Positions 15,273 to 28,530 are shown, counted from the first letter of the stretch. The stretch is 64,000 bases of DNA from Octopus vulgaris (GCA_951406725.2 OX597823.1:40052001-40116000), one strand, 5' to 3'. Notes: generated by a model from the letters alone, not told the origin. Translations and numbers: made by a program.

Positions 15273-15310
<38 letters not shown>
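14380..15310 (+). mobile_element. R4/Dong-like RLE retrotransposon 3' fragment (CCHC + RLE), frameshifted, with (TAA)n tail
   Basis: RMCGERGETVWHIVSECPKLA, RHDNVA, KMLWD, RKPNIAVVNKKERTCMIIDIACPGD, VIPIAFGALG, SALLGTVKVLRRVL. Confidence 0.85.
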
Positions 15311-15312
<2 letters not shown>

Positions 15313-15315
<3 letters not shown>

Positions 15316-15955
15316 CCTGATGCAGTACCAGAATGCCCTGATGCAGTACCAGGATGCCCTGATGCAGTACCAGGATGCCCTGATGCAGTACCAGGATGCC
15401 CTGATGCAGTACCAGGCAGTGGCTCTCATGGCTTCTGATCTTAACTGATTGGAAGTGTTATCATGTACATTGTTTTGTCTTGGTATAAAAGATAGGCTAC
15501 AGCAAATATTCTGCTCAATACCACAGATTTGCTTGTCAGTTGTTTGACTTTAACCAGTTGAGCATGTCCCTTAGTGGCTGACGATATGTGCATCTCTGAT
15601 CACGAGCAGAAGTAGTGGGGGAGCATCATAGCCATGTGTTGAGAGGGATTCTTTGGGGTTTGAATAATTCACCTCTGGAAACATGGGTGGTTCTTTCAAC
15701 ATCCTTAAACAACCCTTATTCAGGGACCTTTTGAGCGGGATGGGCTACTCAACCAGAAGAAAATTCTAACTGGGCCCAACCTGCAAGGTCATATGCTGTT
15801 TATCTTTTTATGAGATCACCATGTCGCGCACATATGGTTGTGATGCATGTGCCTGGTGTACCCTTATCAGACGGGTAGTCATGATGGGTATATTGGGCTT
15901 CGTATATTTTACCCCAGTGTCACTTTGATGGCATGAACTGCTCTCTCACTCAATA
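15313..15955 (-). mobile_element. ~640-bp non-coding interspersed repeat S4 embedded in (AAT)n (other copies 16217-16325, 43445-43507, 44742-45275; terminal fragment 6332-6352)
   Basis: Multiple homologous copies; one end carries 5 tandem 21-mers TGCCCTGATGCAGTACCAGGA; orientation inferred. Confidence 0.7.
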
Positions 15956-16185
15956 ATAATAATAATAATAGCAATCCTTTCTACTATAGGCACAAGGCCT
16001 GAGCTTTTGGGGAGGGATTAGTTGATTACATCAACCCCAGTACTCAACTGGTACTTGTGTTCTTCGACCCCGAAAGGAGGAAAGCAAAGTTGACCTCGGC
16101 GGGATTTGAACTCAGAATGTAGCGACGGGCGAAATACCGCTAAGCATTTCGTCTAGCGCGCTAACAATTCTGCCAGCTCGCCGAC

Positions 16186-16218
<33 letters not shown>

Positions 16219-16329
16219 TGCCTGGTGTACCCTTATCAGACGGGTAGTCATGATGGGTATATTGGGCTTCGTATATTTTACCCCAGTGTCACTTTGATGG
16301 CATGCACTGCTCTCTCACTCAATAATAAT

Positions 16330-17033
<704 letters not shown>

Positions 17034-17252
17034 TATTTCTTTATTCACCATAAGGTTGAGAAAAAGAGGGGACAAAACAAACGTTGGGGTCAGGGTATCG
17101 AATGAGACGAAACATGAATAAACAAACAATTAATATATATACAATTAAATGAGAATGAGTGATTAACAAAAAATGAAGCGGAGGACGCGGTCGACCCCAC
17201 AAACCACATACTCACACTGAAGACTTTGCTTTATCCTTTTTTACATTCTCGA

Positions 17253-20090
17253 TTAAATAGGTTCTTTCACTCGCAACATACTTGCTATAGACTTCCATCT
17301 TTTACGAAACACACTTTGCGACAGGCATTTCTTCTCCAGCCTTATTTTCCGTTTCATGTGGAAAACGAAAAAGTCGATTAGCTCGAGACTGGAGATAAAC
17401 ATGCCTGTTGCAATTCCTTTTACTCTCGTCTTCCACACTACTTCTTTCGCCATAGCAACTACCGAAAGAAAACAGGCTCGCTCCTCCCTATTCAGGAAGG
17501 TCGGCGGAACTATCTTAATTACAGATTCGCTCGACAGTTGTACTCTTCTCGAATGCGACAGCAGGTGTTCGACATAAGTCCAGAGTTCAGTCACCTTGGG
17601 GCATTGCACAATCGCGTGCAGGACAGTTTCACTGTCCCTCTTACATCTTGCACAAACCGGCGAAGGTGCACACCCATGTCTAAAGAGCTTATCTCGAACC
17701 GGTAAAGCTCCTCTGTAACATTGCCAGGCCAGGGACTTTTGGTAATTATCCATAGGCCCCGGACCGAATGTTCTTTGGAACAGGCTGGCCAGTTGATTTT
17801 CGTCGAAGCCCAGAGTTTCTCCTAGGACGTCGTCACACTTAAACTCTACTAACCCTCTATAGAAGAACGCGGTAGTAGCCCCGCCACCGGCGTTGCCCGA
17901 CTGGGAGAGAAGCACGAGTGCCTGATAGCACTCTGCATGCCACATGCCCAACCTCGGTCTACACTTGATCCATGGGTTCAGTTCGTTAAACGATGTGAAC
18001 TGTGGAAATAACAGCTTGACAAACGGAGACCACACCTGCTCACCGTCCAGGTAAATCCAGAGGTGCCTAAGCCTGAGCGCATGTCTGCGCATTTTTAGCC
18101 ACGGCATCCCTAACCCACCGTTCAGCGGCTTTTGGCAGCAAATAGAGCGCCTTACAAGAGGTCTGCTGCCCCTCCACAAAAAGCGAAAGAGCATGCGTTC
18201 CAGTCTGTTCAGCCACGAATCGGGGCAAGGCACTACGGTTAGGCGGTAAGTGATTACAGAGGCGATAAACACTTCTGCAACCTCCGCCTTCCCTTTCAAG
18301 GACAGATTCCGTTCAGACCATGTCTGAGTTAGGAGAGCCACCTTTCTCGCCACCTCGCTCCAATTCTTCTCTATCTGGAGATCTGGACCTAACCAGATCC
18401 CAAGCATTTTCACCGGTCCTTCCGTCCAACGTCCTACGACGCTGTCGGAAGACATCGACTTGCCCCTCCAGGTGCCGAGTTGCAAGCCGACCGATTTATC
18501 CCGGTTGACTTTCGCTCCTGCCACCGCTTCGTAGTCCCTTAAGGCCTCACCCACCCACTGTAGGTGCTCGACTCGGGAAACGATGACGGTGATGTCGTCC
18601 GCATACGCCGAAGCTGACTTTCCGCACCCTAGATCTTGCGGGGCGCCTCTCATAGTTTCCAACCTCCTCAGCAACGGCTCGAGGGCCAAAACGTAGAGAA
18701 GCGGGGAGAGAGGACACCCTTGACGTACCGAACGTTCAATGCTGAACGGCTCCGAAAGGAAACCATTTACCCGAACTACCGATTCGATGTTGCTGTATAA
18801 AGCGATGATCCATCCGCGGAAGGTCGGGCCGAAGCCAGCCGCCGCGAGGACCGCCGCCAGATACTGATGGCCCACCCTATCAAATGCTTTCGATTGGTCC
18901 AAGTGGACCATAGCCCCACCCTTGCCAGGAATCCTATTTACCCTTTCTAAGGCATAGCGTAGAAAGTGGAGATTGTCGTGGATGGTCCTTCCAGGGATGG
19001 CGCAAGTTTGCGCCTCGCCAACAAGTTCACCCACGACCCTCGCCAACCTTTTTGCTAAGACCTTGGCCAAGATCTTCAACTCTGCGTTAAGCAGAGTGAT
19101 AGGCCGGAAATTATCAATTAAATCCCCCTTGTTTGGGTCCTTTCTTAACAACACTACCACCCCTCGGCTCACAGACTTAGGAATTCTCCCGTTCTGCTGC
19201 CAGTTGGTGTACACGCATGCAAGTAGGTGCCCAAACAAGTCTGGCATGCTACTATAGAGTTCGTAAGGCAGACCATCGAGTCCCGGCGATTTGTCCCCGC
19301 CGCATTCTGCCAACATATCCTCGACTTCTTTGGCTGTGATCGGCGCCTCACAAGATTCCGCGTCCGGCCCCGATAGACGCGGCGAACCGGCTAGGAAGTC
19401 TGCGAGCTTCTCCCCGCGCTCCAGCTCGCCGCTCCTCCCGAATAGCTGGGCGAAATGATCATGAAACACCTTGCACATCTCCTCGGGTTCGTTTACTAAT
19501 CGACCATTTGGGCCCGTCAAGGATCGAATGGTTGAGTTGTTGCCACGCTGGCCCTCTACCACCCGGGCCCATCCGGCTGCGTTGATCCCTTCCTGTCTCA
19601 TTGCACGGATCTTAGCCCTAATAATGCACCCTTCATGTTTAGCTTGGAGATGTTGGTCTAGTGCTAACCTCGCCGCTAACACTTTTGATGCACAGCCTGA
19701 CCTCATTGCCTCCTCTATAGCCTTAACTAGTTCCTTTTCTACTTTGTTTCTAGCACTTGCTAGTTCTTTGCTAAACCTAATTGACTCAAATTTGATGGCT
19801 CTTTTCAGGGCGTACCACCATTTATTGTTGATAATGGATCCGGTTAACGCCCTCATTACTAATTGTTTAATCCGATTCCTGTAGGCTTCACAGTCCAATA
19901 GTGACTTATTTAGCTTCCAGTAGCCGGTACCTCGTCTACACATGCTATCTATGTCGAGCGTACAGGTCACTAATTTGTGATCGCTGTAGCTGACGATATG
20001 GTGTTGTGGACAGCTAAGTATTTTCTTATCTTTCCTTCTAGTTATGATTCTATCGATATGGACGACCCGTCGTTTCTTGCCCAGGTCCAC
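17253..20090 (-). CDS. Tx1-like ORF2 main frame: APE C-terminus, reverse transcriptase, C-terminal CCHC
   Basis: RIDR-like HIDRI, YSDHKLV, GYWKLN, KSPGLDGL, NFRPITLLN, LDQSKAFDRV, VRQGCPLSP, YADD, CARC..ETVLHAIVQC; 945 aa open. Confidence 0.92.
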   Translation of the reverse strand: MDLGKKRRVVHIDRIITRRKDKKILSCPQHHIVSYSDHKLVTCTLDIDSMCRRGTGYWKLNKSLLDCEAYRNRIKQLVMRALTGSIINNKWWYALKRAIKFESIRFSKELASARNKVEKELVKAIEEAMRSGCASKVLAARLALDQHLQAKHEGCIIRAKIRAMRQEGINAAGWARVVEGQRGNNSTIRSLTGPNGRLVNEPEEMCKVFHDHFAQLFGRSGELERGEKLADFLAGSPRLSGPDAESCEAPITAKEVEDMLAECGGDKSPGLDGLPYELYSSMPDLFGHLLACVYTNWQQNGRIPKSVSRGVVVLLRKDPNKGDLIDNFRPITLLNAELKILAKVLAKRLARVVGELVGEAQTCAIPGRTIHDNLHFLRYALERVNRIPGKGGAMVHLDQSKAFDRVGHQYLAAVLAAAGFGPTFRGWIIALYSNIESVVRVNGFLSEPFSIERSVRQGCPLSPLLYVLALEPLLRRLETMRGAPQDLGCGKSASAYADDITVIVSRVEHLQWVGEALRDYEAVAGAKVNRDKSVGLQLGTWRGKSMSSDSVVGRWTEGPVKMLGIWLGPDLQIEKNWSEVARKVALLTQTWSERNLSLKGKAEVAEVFIASVITYRLTVVPCPDSWLNRLERMLFRFLWRGSRPLVRRSICCQKPLNGGLGMPWLKMRRHALRLRHLWIYLDGEQVWSPFVKLLFPQFTSFNELNPWIKCRPRLGMWHAECYQALVLLSQSGNAGGGATTAFFYRGLVEFKCDDVLGETLGFDENQLASLFQRTFGPGPMDNYQKSLAWQCYRGALPVRDKLFRHGCAPSPVCARCKRDSETVLHAIVQCPKVTELWTYVEHLLSHSRRVQLSSESVIKIVPPTFLNREERACFLSVVAMAKEVVWKTRVKGIATGMFISSLELIDFFVFHMKRKIRLEKKCLSQSVFRKRWKSIASMLRVKEPI

Positions 20091-20661
20091 TCTGGAATGT
20101 CTGGATGGTCCAGTCTGAATCTATCTGCCAATTCGAAACGACTTAGCATATCGTTGAGGTGAGGTAATCCCCTCGTATTCTTTCTTGAGCCAACATAATC
20201 TACGCTTGCATCGCAAATTATGTTGAAGTCACCAAGCAATACTAACGTGTTCGACGTGCCAAGAAAATTCTCTAGGCTTTTGAAATACTCTTTCTGCCCG
20301 GCTTTTCCTTCGCAGGGAGCATAGACAGCGACCAGCCTGAACACTTTACCACTGCTGTGCGTCACATCCAAAACGACCAACCTGCCTTCCGGATCTATAA
20401 AAACAGTTCTAATCTCTAAATCCAGGTTTTTCCTGACCAGCACTGCCACTCCCCTCCCCCTCCAGGTCGACAGGGAGAAACGTATTTCTCGTAGCCGTTT
20501 AGAAGGGGCGAAAAAGCCTGCAGCCCACTCAGTCTGGATTCGGTAATTACCACTACATCCAAACGATGCGACCTAAGGTCGTTAAGGAGGTAGCCTTGCT
20601 TCCAATACGACCCTAGGCCGCGAATATTTATACAACCGAGTTTAAACGAGAATGTGAAAAT
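20042..20661 (-). pseudogene. Tx1-like ORF2 N-terminal APE endonuclease, broken by frameshifts near 20455 and 20070
   Basis: GCINIRGL, DVVVITESR, GVAVLVRK, GRLVVLD, VAVYAP, LLGDFN, WTW motifs in successive frames. Confidence 0.85.
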
Positions 20662-20968
20662 TTAGTTGAATGTTTAAAACTTACTGTTTTAACAGAAGAG
20701 AGGGTGTAGTTTCACCCTCATCTTTTCTGTCTGTGAGTGTTGTGTTTTGCGAGGTCAGTTTTTTTGCGAATTGCTTGTACAGATGGCTTGAAAAGTTCAT
20801 CTGTAACGGGCCTACGTCCTCCGCAAAAGATTTTTTAATTTCAAAATAATCCTCGTTATCTATCGTATAAAATTCTACATTTTCGGATATAATACTATTT
20901 ATATCTGTTGCGATATATTTTTTCGCCGATTTCAGTAAATTAATTTTTTCCTTAATGGGTTATTGTTT

Positions 20969-21997
20969 TTATTTATCGCCGTGAAGGTGTTTCTTTTTTT
21001 TTGTTAGGTGATTGTGGAGGGGGCTGTGTGTGTGTGTTTGTGGGTGTGTGTGTGCTTGTAGAAGCGTGGGTGTTTGTAGGTGTGTGCGTGCTTGTGGTAG
21101 GTGTGTGAGTGTTTGTGTGTGCTTTTTTAAAATATGATATGACATTATTTGATAATGTATGTGGCCTTTCTCGCCACATTTATAGCATCTCGGTTTTCTT
21201 CCCTCGACTATTACCATCAAGGTGGTATCTCCAATGGTGAGGGTGCTTGGCAATTTTTCCAAGTCCGAGGGGTTCGCTTGGATCACAAGCTCTAAGTCCT
21301 GTCCATACCAGGTTGTGGGGCGATATCTTTTAGACTGAAGAATGGCAATTTCTTCCTCTTTGCCTAAGAGAATCGCTGCTGTTATGAAGTCCACATCTAT
21401 TTCGGGCGGAATGTCCGTAACCGTTATTCTACTAGTTCTCATTCCTAAATAAAATGGTAAAAGAACTACCTCTTCCGACTTCAACGTTCTTGTTGAATGT
21501 TCCCTAGCTATTTCTTCGCTAGGGAAACGCACCTCTACCGTGCCGAAGCGACTACCCCTTGTTATATAACTTGTTTGTTGCCATATCGGCCTCAAACATT
21601 TTTCAATGGCTTCTCTCTGTACGAAGTCAATTTTCTTATTTTTGACATTATAAGTCTTGTAAATTACAGTTTTTCTCTCCGTCGCGTAAATCAATTCACT
21701 GGGAGGGAACAACTTCACATTATCACCTTCTTTTTTTAGTAGTCCTTGGTATTTCTTTAATTCTTCCTTGTTGATGACTATATTTTCACAGGGGCGAGTT
21801 GCTGCACTCGCAAAATTTATTTTTGCCTTTTCTTGTCGTTTACTAGCTTCGCCAGACATATTGTCGTCTGCTTTTGTAACGCTCGCGTGAGACGTCTCTT
21901 TACTTCTACCTTCCTCCTCCCGCATTTTCGCCTTCATGCCTTCAAACAAATTTTCAACGTTTTCCTCCGACTCGGAGGAGACTGGTTGCAAATTCAT
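20969..21997 (-). CDS. Tx1-like ORF1 (nucleic-acid-binding protein with zinc knuckle); C-terminus apparently frameshifted, distal open segment ends ~20681
   Basis: Position upstream of ORF2; NFASAA, RITVTDIPPEI and VEGRKPRCYKCGEKGH motifs. Confidence 0.8.
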   Translation of the reverse strand: MNLQPVSSESEENVENLFEGMKAKMREEEGRSKETSHASVTKADDNMSGEASKRQEKAKINFASAATRPCENIVINKEELKKYQGLLKKEGDNVKLFPPSELIYATERKTVIYKTYNVKNKKIDFVQREAIEKCLRPIWQQTSYITRGSRFGTVEVRFPSEEIAREHSTRTLKSEEVVLLPFYLGMRTSRITVTDIPPEIDVDFITAAILLGKEEEIAILQSKRYRPTTWYGQDLELVIQANPSDLEKLPSTLTIGDTTLMVIVEGRKPRCYKCGEKGHIHYQIMSYHILKKHTQTLTHLPQARTHLQTPTLLQAHTHPQTHTHSPLHNHLTKKKKHLHGDK

Positions 21998-22168
21998 GTC
22001 TTTTCGTCACTTCCCCCTTGAAACAAGGGGGAAAGAACAGCAGAACTCTGCTGCAACAGCAGAATTGAAGTGGCCTCGACGACCAAAACAGAAAATTTTC
22101 AAACTTTTCAGCACAAAAACAAACTTTCACTGCGGAGCAAAGAATAACACGACCGATAAGAGAGAGAA

Positions 22169-22263
<95 letters not shown>

Positions 22264-22265
<2 letters not shown>

Positions 22266-23188
22266 AGGAAATGCAGTAGATGACGTTGCTAGAAGTGCAG
22301 GTGAAGGAGTCAGTGATATGATAGGGTCGATGATGAGTGCCTGTGAGGAGGGTAGTGTTGGAGAGGTAAGGGCAAGTGTGGCAGCGTGGGCGGGAGCAGG
22401 GGAACGAACCGGGTTGGGAGGTTGAGTTAGGGAAGGAGCTGTGGAACAAGAGGTCTCGTAGGTTGTGCCCTCGTTTGAAGGAAGGGAGGGGTCGGTTAGG
22501 GAAGATGTGCGGAGTGGAGGGGTCGGAAGGCTCGGAGAATGGTGCGTTGGAGAGGTAGGGTGGAGGGGTTGTAGATGAGGGGAAACATGAGACGGGTGAC
22601 GGGGGTGGGGGCTGGATGCAGGGAGAGAGAGCAGATACATGGTCCATAGAACGTGCTCTGGAAAGGGCGGTGTGGATAGTGGTGAGTGGATATCCACGTA
22701 GGATGAAGCGGCGAGCTATGTGTTGAGACTGAATCTCATAGTCATGGTTGTCACTGCAGAGCCTGTGTAGACGGAGGAATTGGGAATCGGGGATGGAAAG
22801 CTTGGTGTGTTAAGGGTAGGAGGAGGAGAAGTTGGAGTATGAGTGTGAGTCTGTGTGTTTGTAGTGGATGGAGGTGGTGAGAATGGAGTGATGAATATTG
22901 ACCGAAATGTCAACAAAGGCGACGGAAGTGCCGGAAATAGTGCAGGAAAGTGGAGGGCAGGATGGAAAGATTTGACAAGAGAGGAAGGAGTCTAGATGTT
23001 CGCGGGAGAGTGAGGTCGCACCGATACAGTCGTCAATATAACGACCGTATAGTTCAGGAGTTGGACCAGTGAAACTTGAGAATATTTGGGCCTCAACATA
23101 GTCCACGAACAAGTTCGCATAGTTGGGGCCCATTCTCGTTCTCATTGTCACTCCCGAGACCTGCTGGTAAGAATCACCCGCGAACGAG
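22264..23188 (-). mobile_element. Penelope-like element (Neptune-like), proximal part: RT core, thumb, Zn-finger linker, GIY half; 5'-truncated and decayed
   Basis: YQQVSGVTMRTRMGPNYANLF, RYIDDCI, FVDISV, FKRGHNLRDLL, PCSRPRCHTC, FTCTSSNVIYCIS. Confidence 0.88.
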
Positions 23189-23219
23189 AACAACAACAAC
23201 AACAACAATAACAACAATG

Positions 23220-24620
23220 GACGAAAAGCTATTTATGTTTCCAGTAGAAAATATGGTTTCTACAGTTTGACCTATGACCATGCCTTTCGTATACGAGTTG
23301 GCATTGTTACTAGTTCAAATCATTGAGTAAAAGTGTAATGTGTTCACTAGGAAATTGTTAGTTCTACCCCATATGATGAACAACTCTATCGCAAAAAGAG
23401 TTCACGGCAATTATCGTTGACGTCAATCATCGAAATTTATAAAATAGCGAAGGTAGAAACAGTGATGGTACTAAGAGAGTCGAAGGACAGAGAAATAAGG
23501 CGTAATCCACCAAATGTAAAATCAACCATGGAATGGACAGTAGAAGCAGAAACTGATGACATCCAATCTTCACTTAAGCATAGAGATACGTTGGGTGTTG
23601 TACGGATTGATTGGAAGATGCTTGAGTTTTGTTTACATCCTTTCAGGCCTGTTTCAATTGTTATGTAGAATGATTGCAGAATTGCTGTTAGTAACAGTAT
23701 CAAGGCAAGAGAAGCAGAGAGATAAGCTTCATTTGATTCAATGCTCTCAAAAAGGACAGATGACACGATGGGCAGAACTCGTAACTGAGAGAAAAATAAG
23801 TTAAGATCATCTTTGCCGTCTCCAAAGAAAAAAAAAGAGAAAACAAAAACTAGTGGGTATCAATGAGTGATGTGGGAAAGTTGGGACAGTGAAACATACC
23901 CTTTCCAGCTGTATACTGGCGTTGGATAGATATAACTGGAGATAATTTAGTATTTAGGGCTATCTTCAATGCTGTAAAGCACAATATTATTATAATCAAC
24001 AGTGACAAGAAACCACGGAGGAAACCAGCCAGAGATTTCTCCAGCTTCTCTTTTTTCAAGACATTAGAACCATTTGAAGAAGAAAATCCCTATGAACTAT
24101 GAAATCTAGAACGGCAGTTGGGAGGTGAGGGAGGATTTGTCAGGGTGTCAAAGATTCTTCCCTATACCAGTTATAAAGAAACCAAGTATTGTCATCTGAT
24201 GTGAAGAAAAGAAAATGGTAAATCTAGTTAAGCTGATGATTCCCGATGAAGATAATATGGACGCCGCTCAGACTCGAAAGATCGACCGCTATGAAAATCT
24301 CGATGAATGTGAAGACGCGGGCTTGAAAGCAGGACATTATTCAATCGATATTGGGATAGATAATTCCTTGGATGAAGTAAGAGGTGATGGTTGTTGTCGC
24401 TTGGCCTAGTTCAGCATAAAGCAAAATACCATCACGAGCGATATCCAAGCTACACTGGCGAAGGCAAGTCGCTGGGTTTGGTTAAAGAGAGACAATGAGC
24501 AATGGCTTCAAGAATATTGAGGAAAGTCTAGTCACCAATTAATCTAGCAAGTCGGGCCTAATCTCAGTGAGATTGGACCACTGCGCAATAATGCCGCAGA
24601 GAGGAAGGCTCCTCAATGGT
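23220..24620 (+). mobile_element. HERO-clade-like RLE retrotransposon, heavily decayed
   Basis: EIYKIAKVETVMVLRESKD..LKHRDTLG; VNLVKLMIPDEDNMDAAQTRKIDRYENL..EC; ASRWVWLKR. Confidence 0.7.
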
Positions 24621-26981
24621 GCGCATTCTCTCCAAATGACTTCCATAAGCCTTCTAGTATCCGGTATGCGGCGCTTTCAGTTAGTATCACTCTCTAGAAA
24701 GTTGTTTGTAAATTCTCTTTCTGTCTCCCTGTCTCTCCCTCTCTGTCTCTCTATCTATCTAACTGTCCGTCTGTCTGCCCGCCTGTCTGTCTATACACGT
24801 CCACACACACACACATACACACACTCACACGCACACAGTCACACATACAAGCACGCACACACACATAAGTACGTTTGCTTCCACAAAGGGAAGAACTCAA
24901 CGTTATGAAGCAGATTCACTGGCGATGCTTGGCTGGAACAAGCTGTTTCTGTGTTGCGAGCTTGGCCAATACTATCAGTAGCACCGACGCAGGATCACAA
25001 CATTTAATCCTCATACGGCTTTGTACATACCTCATCCATTCTGTGTTGGTGGTTTTGCTTTCACAATGGTCTCTTTTTTTCCTTAGTATTCCCATGGCAG
25101 ACCTCCCAAATTTATCACTGTAGTTTGTTCTGCATCAATTTGTTGAACAGGAACCAACAGAAAAGTATTGTGAATAGTATATTCTTTAAATTTACCTTTG
25201 TTTCCTTCCTTTTATTACGGGTGACATCTATTAAACGCGCAGAGTGCCCTGGTGACCAGTTATTTTAAGGGAGACAATCATTTGTAGATAAATCATGGTA
25301 TGATTAGAAGTTTCAATTTTAAATCGAAAACAAAAGATATCCAGAGCATACGTATTTATTTTAATCATTATTATTTATTTATTGCTCACTTATTATAAAA
25401 AACTTAGAATTTCCATTCATAGATAATTATGTATAGCACCATTTCATTCTTATTAGAAATTGTCAGCATGACATAATCCAAAATAAATTATAGTTTTCTC
25501 AGCAGTTCTTAATTTCTTCCACCTCTATATTTAACCCAGTATAATCAATGAATTTTTCAGTTCAGCGGCGAGCATGAACTTTGCCGCCGCTACTCATCAT
25601 TTAACTCCGATTTGCACCATTTATAGTTTTACTCCTGTTATCGTTATCGTTGACAAGTTCCTCTGCTAACTTTTTCTAACTTTTTCTTATTTACTATTGT
25701 TATTATATCAACGAGTAGAGGAGGTAAACGAGTTGGAGCATTGGACAAAATGTTCAACTCAGGTCAAGTTTCTCTTTCATCACCTCCGGTACCAATAAAA
25801 TAGAACATCAGTCATTAAATTCAACCCCACTCACGACATTGCTTGTCTTGTAACTAAATTAAAAACGATTATATCAACACATGCATTTTACTAACCCCTT
25901 ATTTTATAGTAGGTAACCTACATTAGTGCCCTCTCTTCTCCAAATGTTGTTATGTTAAAAAGTTTTTTTCACTATTTACTCATCGATTCTAAATAAATAT
26001 AGCTACTGACTCTCTTAGTTTTTCACCTGTTAAACTTGTTCTGTCTCATTTTTATAATTTATATTATTAGGATCCTTAATTATTAAAAATGTCATCATAT
26101 ATTGTCATTTCGCCATAAACAACTTTATTTTTGAAGGTGGTACATTGCCAGAATCATTAGCGCATAATAAAAAAACATTTCTTGCGATATTTGATCCACT
26201 CTTTATATTCTGAGCTAAAAAAATCTGACGAGGTCTACTTTAATTTTCATCCCTCCGAAATCGATAAAAGAATGTATCAGTTTAATACTAGGAACTATTG
26301 CCTAACACCCACTTATCAAAAATTTATGGCTTTGTGACTAAATTAGAAACAATATTGTCGTACCAGCATTATAGTTTTAGTTTACATACATAAATAGCTT
26401 AATCAACCTGTTCTATGATATTTTGACTTCTTAAGCAATTTGAAAATTTCTCGGGAAAAAAATTAAGATTTTACCCCAGCTTCTCCCATTTCTTGAAAAA
26501 TTTTGCCCGTCTGTTTTGGTGACCTGTTTTAAAAAAAATCTTTTTGTTCATTCATTTCCTTTGCATGCAGGCTTTCCCATTAGCGAAATACGCTGAATAC
26601 ATAGAAGGCATACAATACAAAAACTGACTCTTTGGTCCTTGTTATCGGCCTCGACAACAACCCACATCTAAGTAAACAGAACATAGCTCTTTTTGTTGTT
26701 ACAGTTGAAATAAATTTGAGTATGTTTGAGATGGGTAAACATAATTGCCCAATTGTAAAAATAGTTTTATTTAATTATTGTGTTTAACACAATTTTATGC
26801 AACTATACATACACATTTAAAAAAAAAGGAAACATTACTCCATTATTCGGACATACACCAAACTGCATTAATTATAGTAATTCATTTAACTATTTTTATT
26901 TGCTACATTATGTATAACAGCCCCCAAAATTACACTAGTTCTTTTCTTCACAAAACAAACTGACAACAGCAATATAGAAAC

Positions 26982-27019
<38 letters not shown>

Positions 27020-27020
<1 letters not shown>

Positions 27021-28525
27021 TAGCAGAATTGCCCGGCGTTGCTCGGGGCTGAATTGCTTGAAAGTACTGTTAATGATTGCAGTGAATTATGATGATTATT
27101 CAGGCAAATATTGATATAAGTTTACGGTGAATGAATGTATTTGTAAGTGTATAGAAAGCCGTGTAAAGGGGTTCCTATCCCCTCGTAGAATGGTGTAAGA
27201 ATTGAATGCGAGGTTGCACACCTGGCCCTGGACCTTGAAAGTAGGCATCCAACCAGTTTCTCTGACAACGTTAGCCCCGAAAGAAGTCATCTGAAATGCA
27301 CAATTGTACTTCCTGATGAGTTGAAGGAATTTTGATGCCCTTGAGGTGGAACCATTAAGTAATTCCTTCAAAGGGTCTGGCAGCTCCCGAAGAGGGGGCA
27401 AGCTGACCTTACCGTTTAAGCAGCACATTGCAGGTGGTTCCCCAGCCCACTTTTTAGCATTTCAGAATTGGCAATTGAAGCACATTTCCCCAATATTTAT
27501 GTCAGCGTACATCGAGTAATTGAAGTTGGGCTCATACTTGAAAGCCCGTAGATGCCAGTAAGGGCTGTTTGGACTCGTCAGACCGCGGGTAGCCCTGCGC
27601 CGTCGACTGTTCCGCTGGAATGTAGAACGTTGCTGGTCTGAGTCGTGGGAATGTGTCGCATGAGTAGCAGAAGCGAAGTTTGCAATGGTAATGTACCGGC
27701 CGTCTGCATGTTGAGAAGGCATGGAAGCAGTGCAATGCGCCTCGTTCGTATGAAGGTGAGTGGTCGGTAGTTGTAAATGTTCCGAAAATGTTGAAGCAGC
27801 ATTAGCCGCAGCGTTTGTAGCCAGTCGAGTGGCCCTTTGTTGTGGGTCCTCTGAAGCCCTTTGTGCAGCAACAGCAGCAGCCTTTATGGCCATGCGATTC
27901 GACCTTGTTTCCGGACCCTCTGAAGCCCTGGAAGCAGCATCATATGAAGCCATTTTTGCTTGGCGTGCGTTGCGCTGTTGTAAATTTTCAGCAGCTCATG
28001 ATTCTGCTGAACGTAAGTCTGAAAGCGTTTTTGTCGGAGGACTCGTTTGCGATAATCGCCTTTTGCGCCGCTGCTGCTGCAGTATGGCGACCGAGGCGAC
28101 TTCTCTTTTTCGGTGTAATTTTATGAAAAAGAAAGGGTGAAAGTTACTTAAAGATAGAAATTGTAATGTGAATGAAATGTGGAAAAATGTTGACCGTGGA
28201 AGGAAAAGAAAGAAATATTTGCAGCTGAAAGAAATTGTTTATGCAAGTATAGCGACAGAGTGTGTAAAGTGTATTGAAACTTGAGTTAAAAGCAAGGAAA
28301 TAAAGTGAGATTTGTAAGAATGGAAGTTGTAAGAATGCAGCACGGATTTTTGTCAGTGAACAGGTCGCAGATTTTTGCGACGAAAATATTTTCACAAATT
28401 AAACTTAAATGTTGAAGTGAATCGAACGGCTTTTGTGTGTTTCTTAAATGGCTTACAAACACCTTCCACGCTGCAATTGTTTTCGTTTCAGCACACGATC
28501 TCAGATCAAATCACTTGCTTTGCGA

Positions 28526-28530
<5 letters not shown>
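27020..28530 (-). mobile_element. Internally deleted Helitron with RepHel N-terminal fragment
   Basis: IGEMCFNC..MCCLNGKVSLP..IRKYNCAFQMTSFG..FKVQGQV; canonical 3' end CCCGAGCAACGCCGGG hairpin + CTAG followed by T. Confidence 0.88.

Larger units (their letters stand above)
17034..22159 (-). mobile_element. Near full-length Tx1/L1-clade LINE flanked by (TC)n
   Basis: 5' UTR, ORF1, APE-RT-CCHC ORF2, 3' UTR ending AATAAAGAAATA then (TC)n; (GA)n tracts at 16931-17033 and 22160-22263. Confidence 0.93.

Noticed and set aside
15313-15415. 21-bp tandem repeat as a CRISPR array
   Set aside because: No unique spacers, eukaryotic context, and part of an interspersed repeat.
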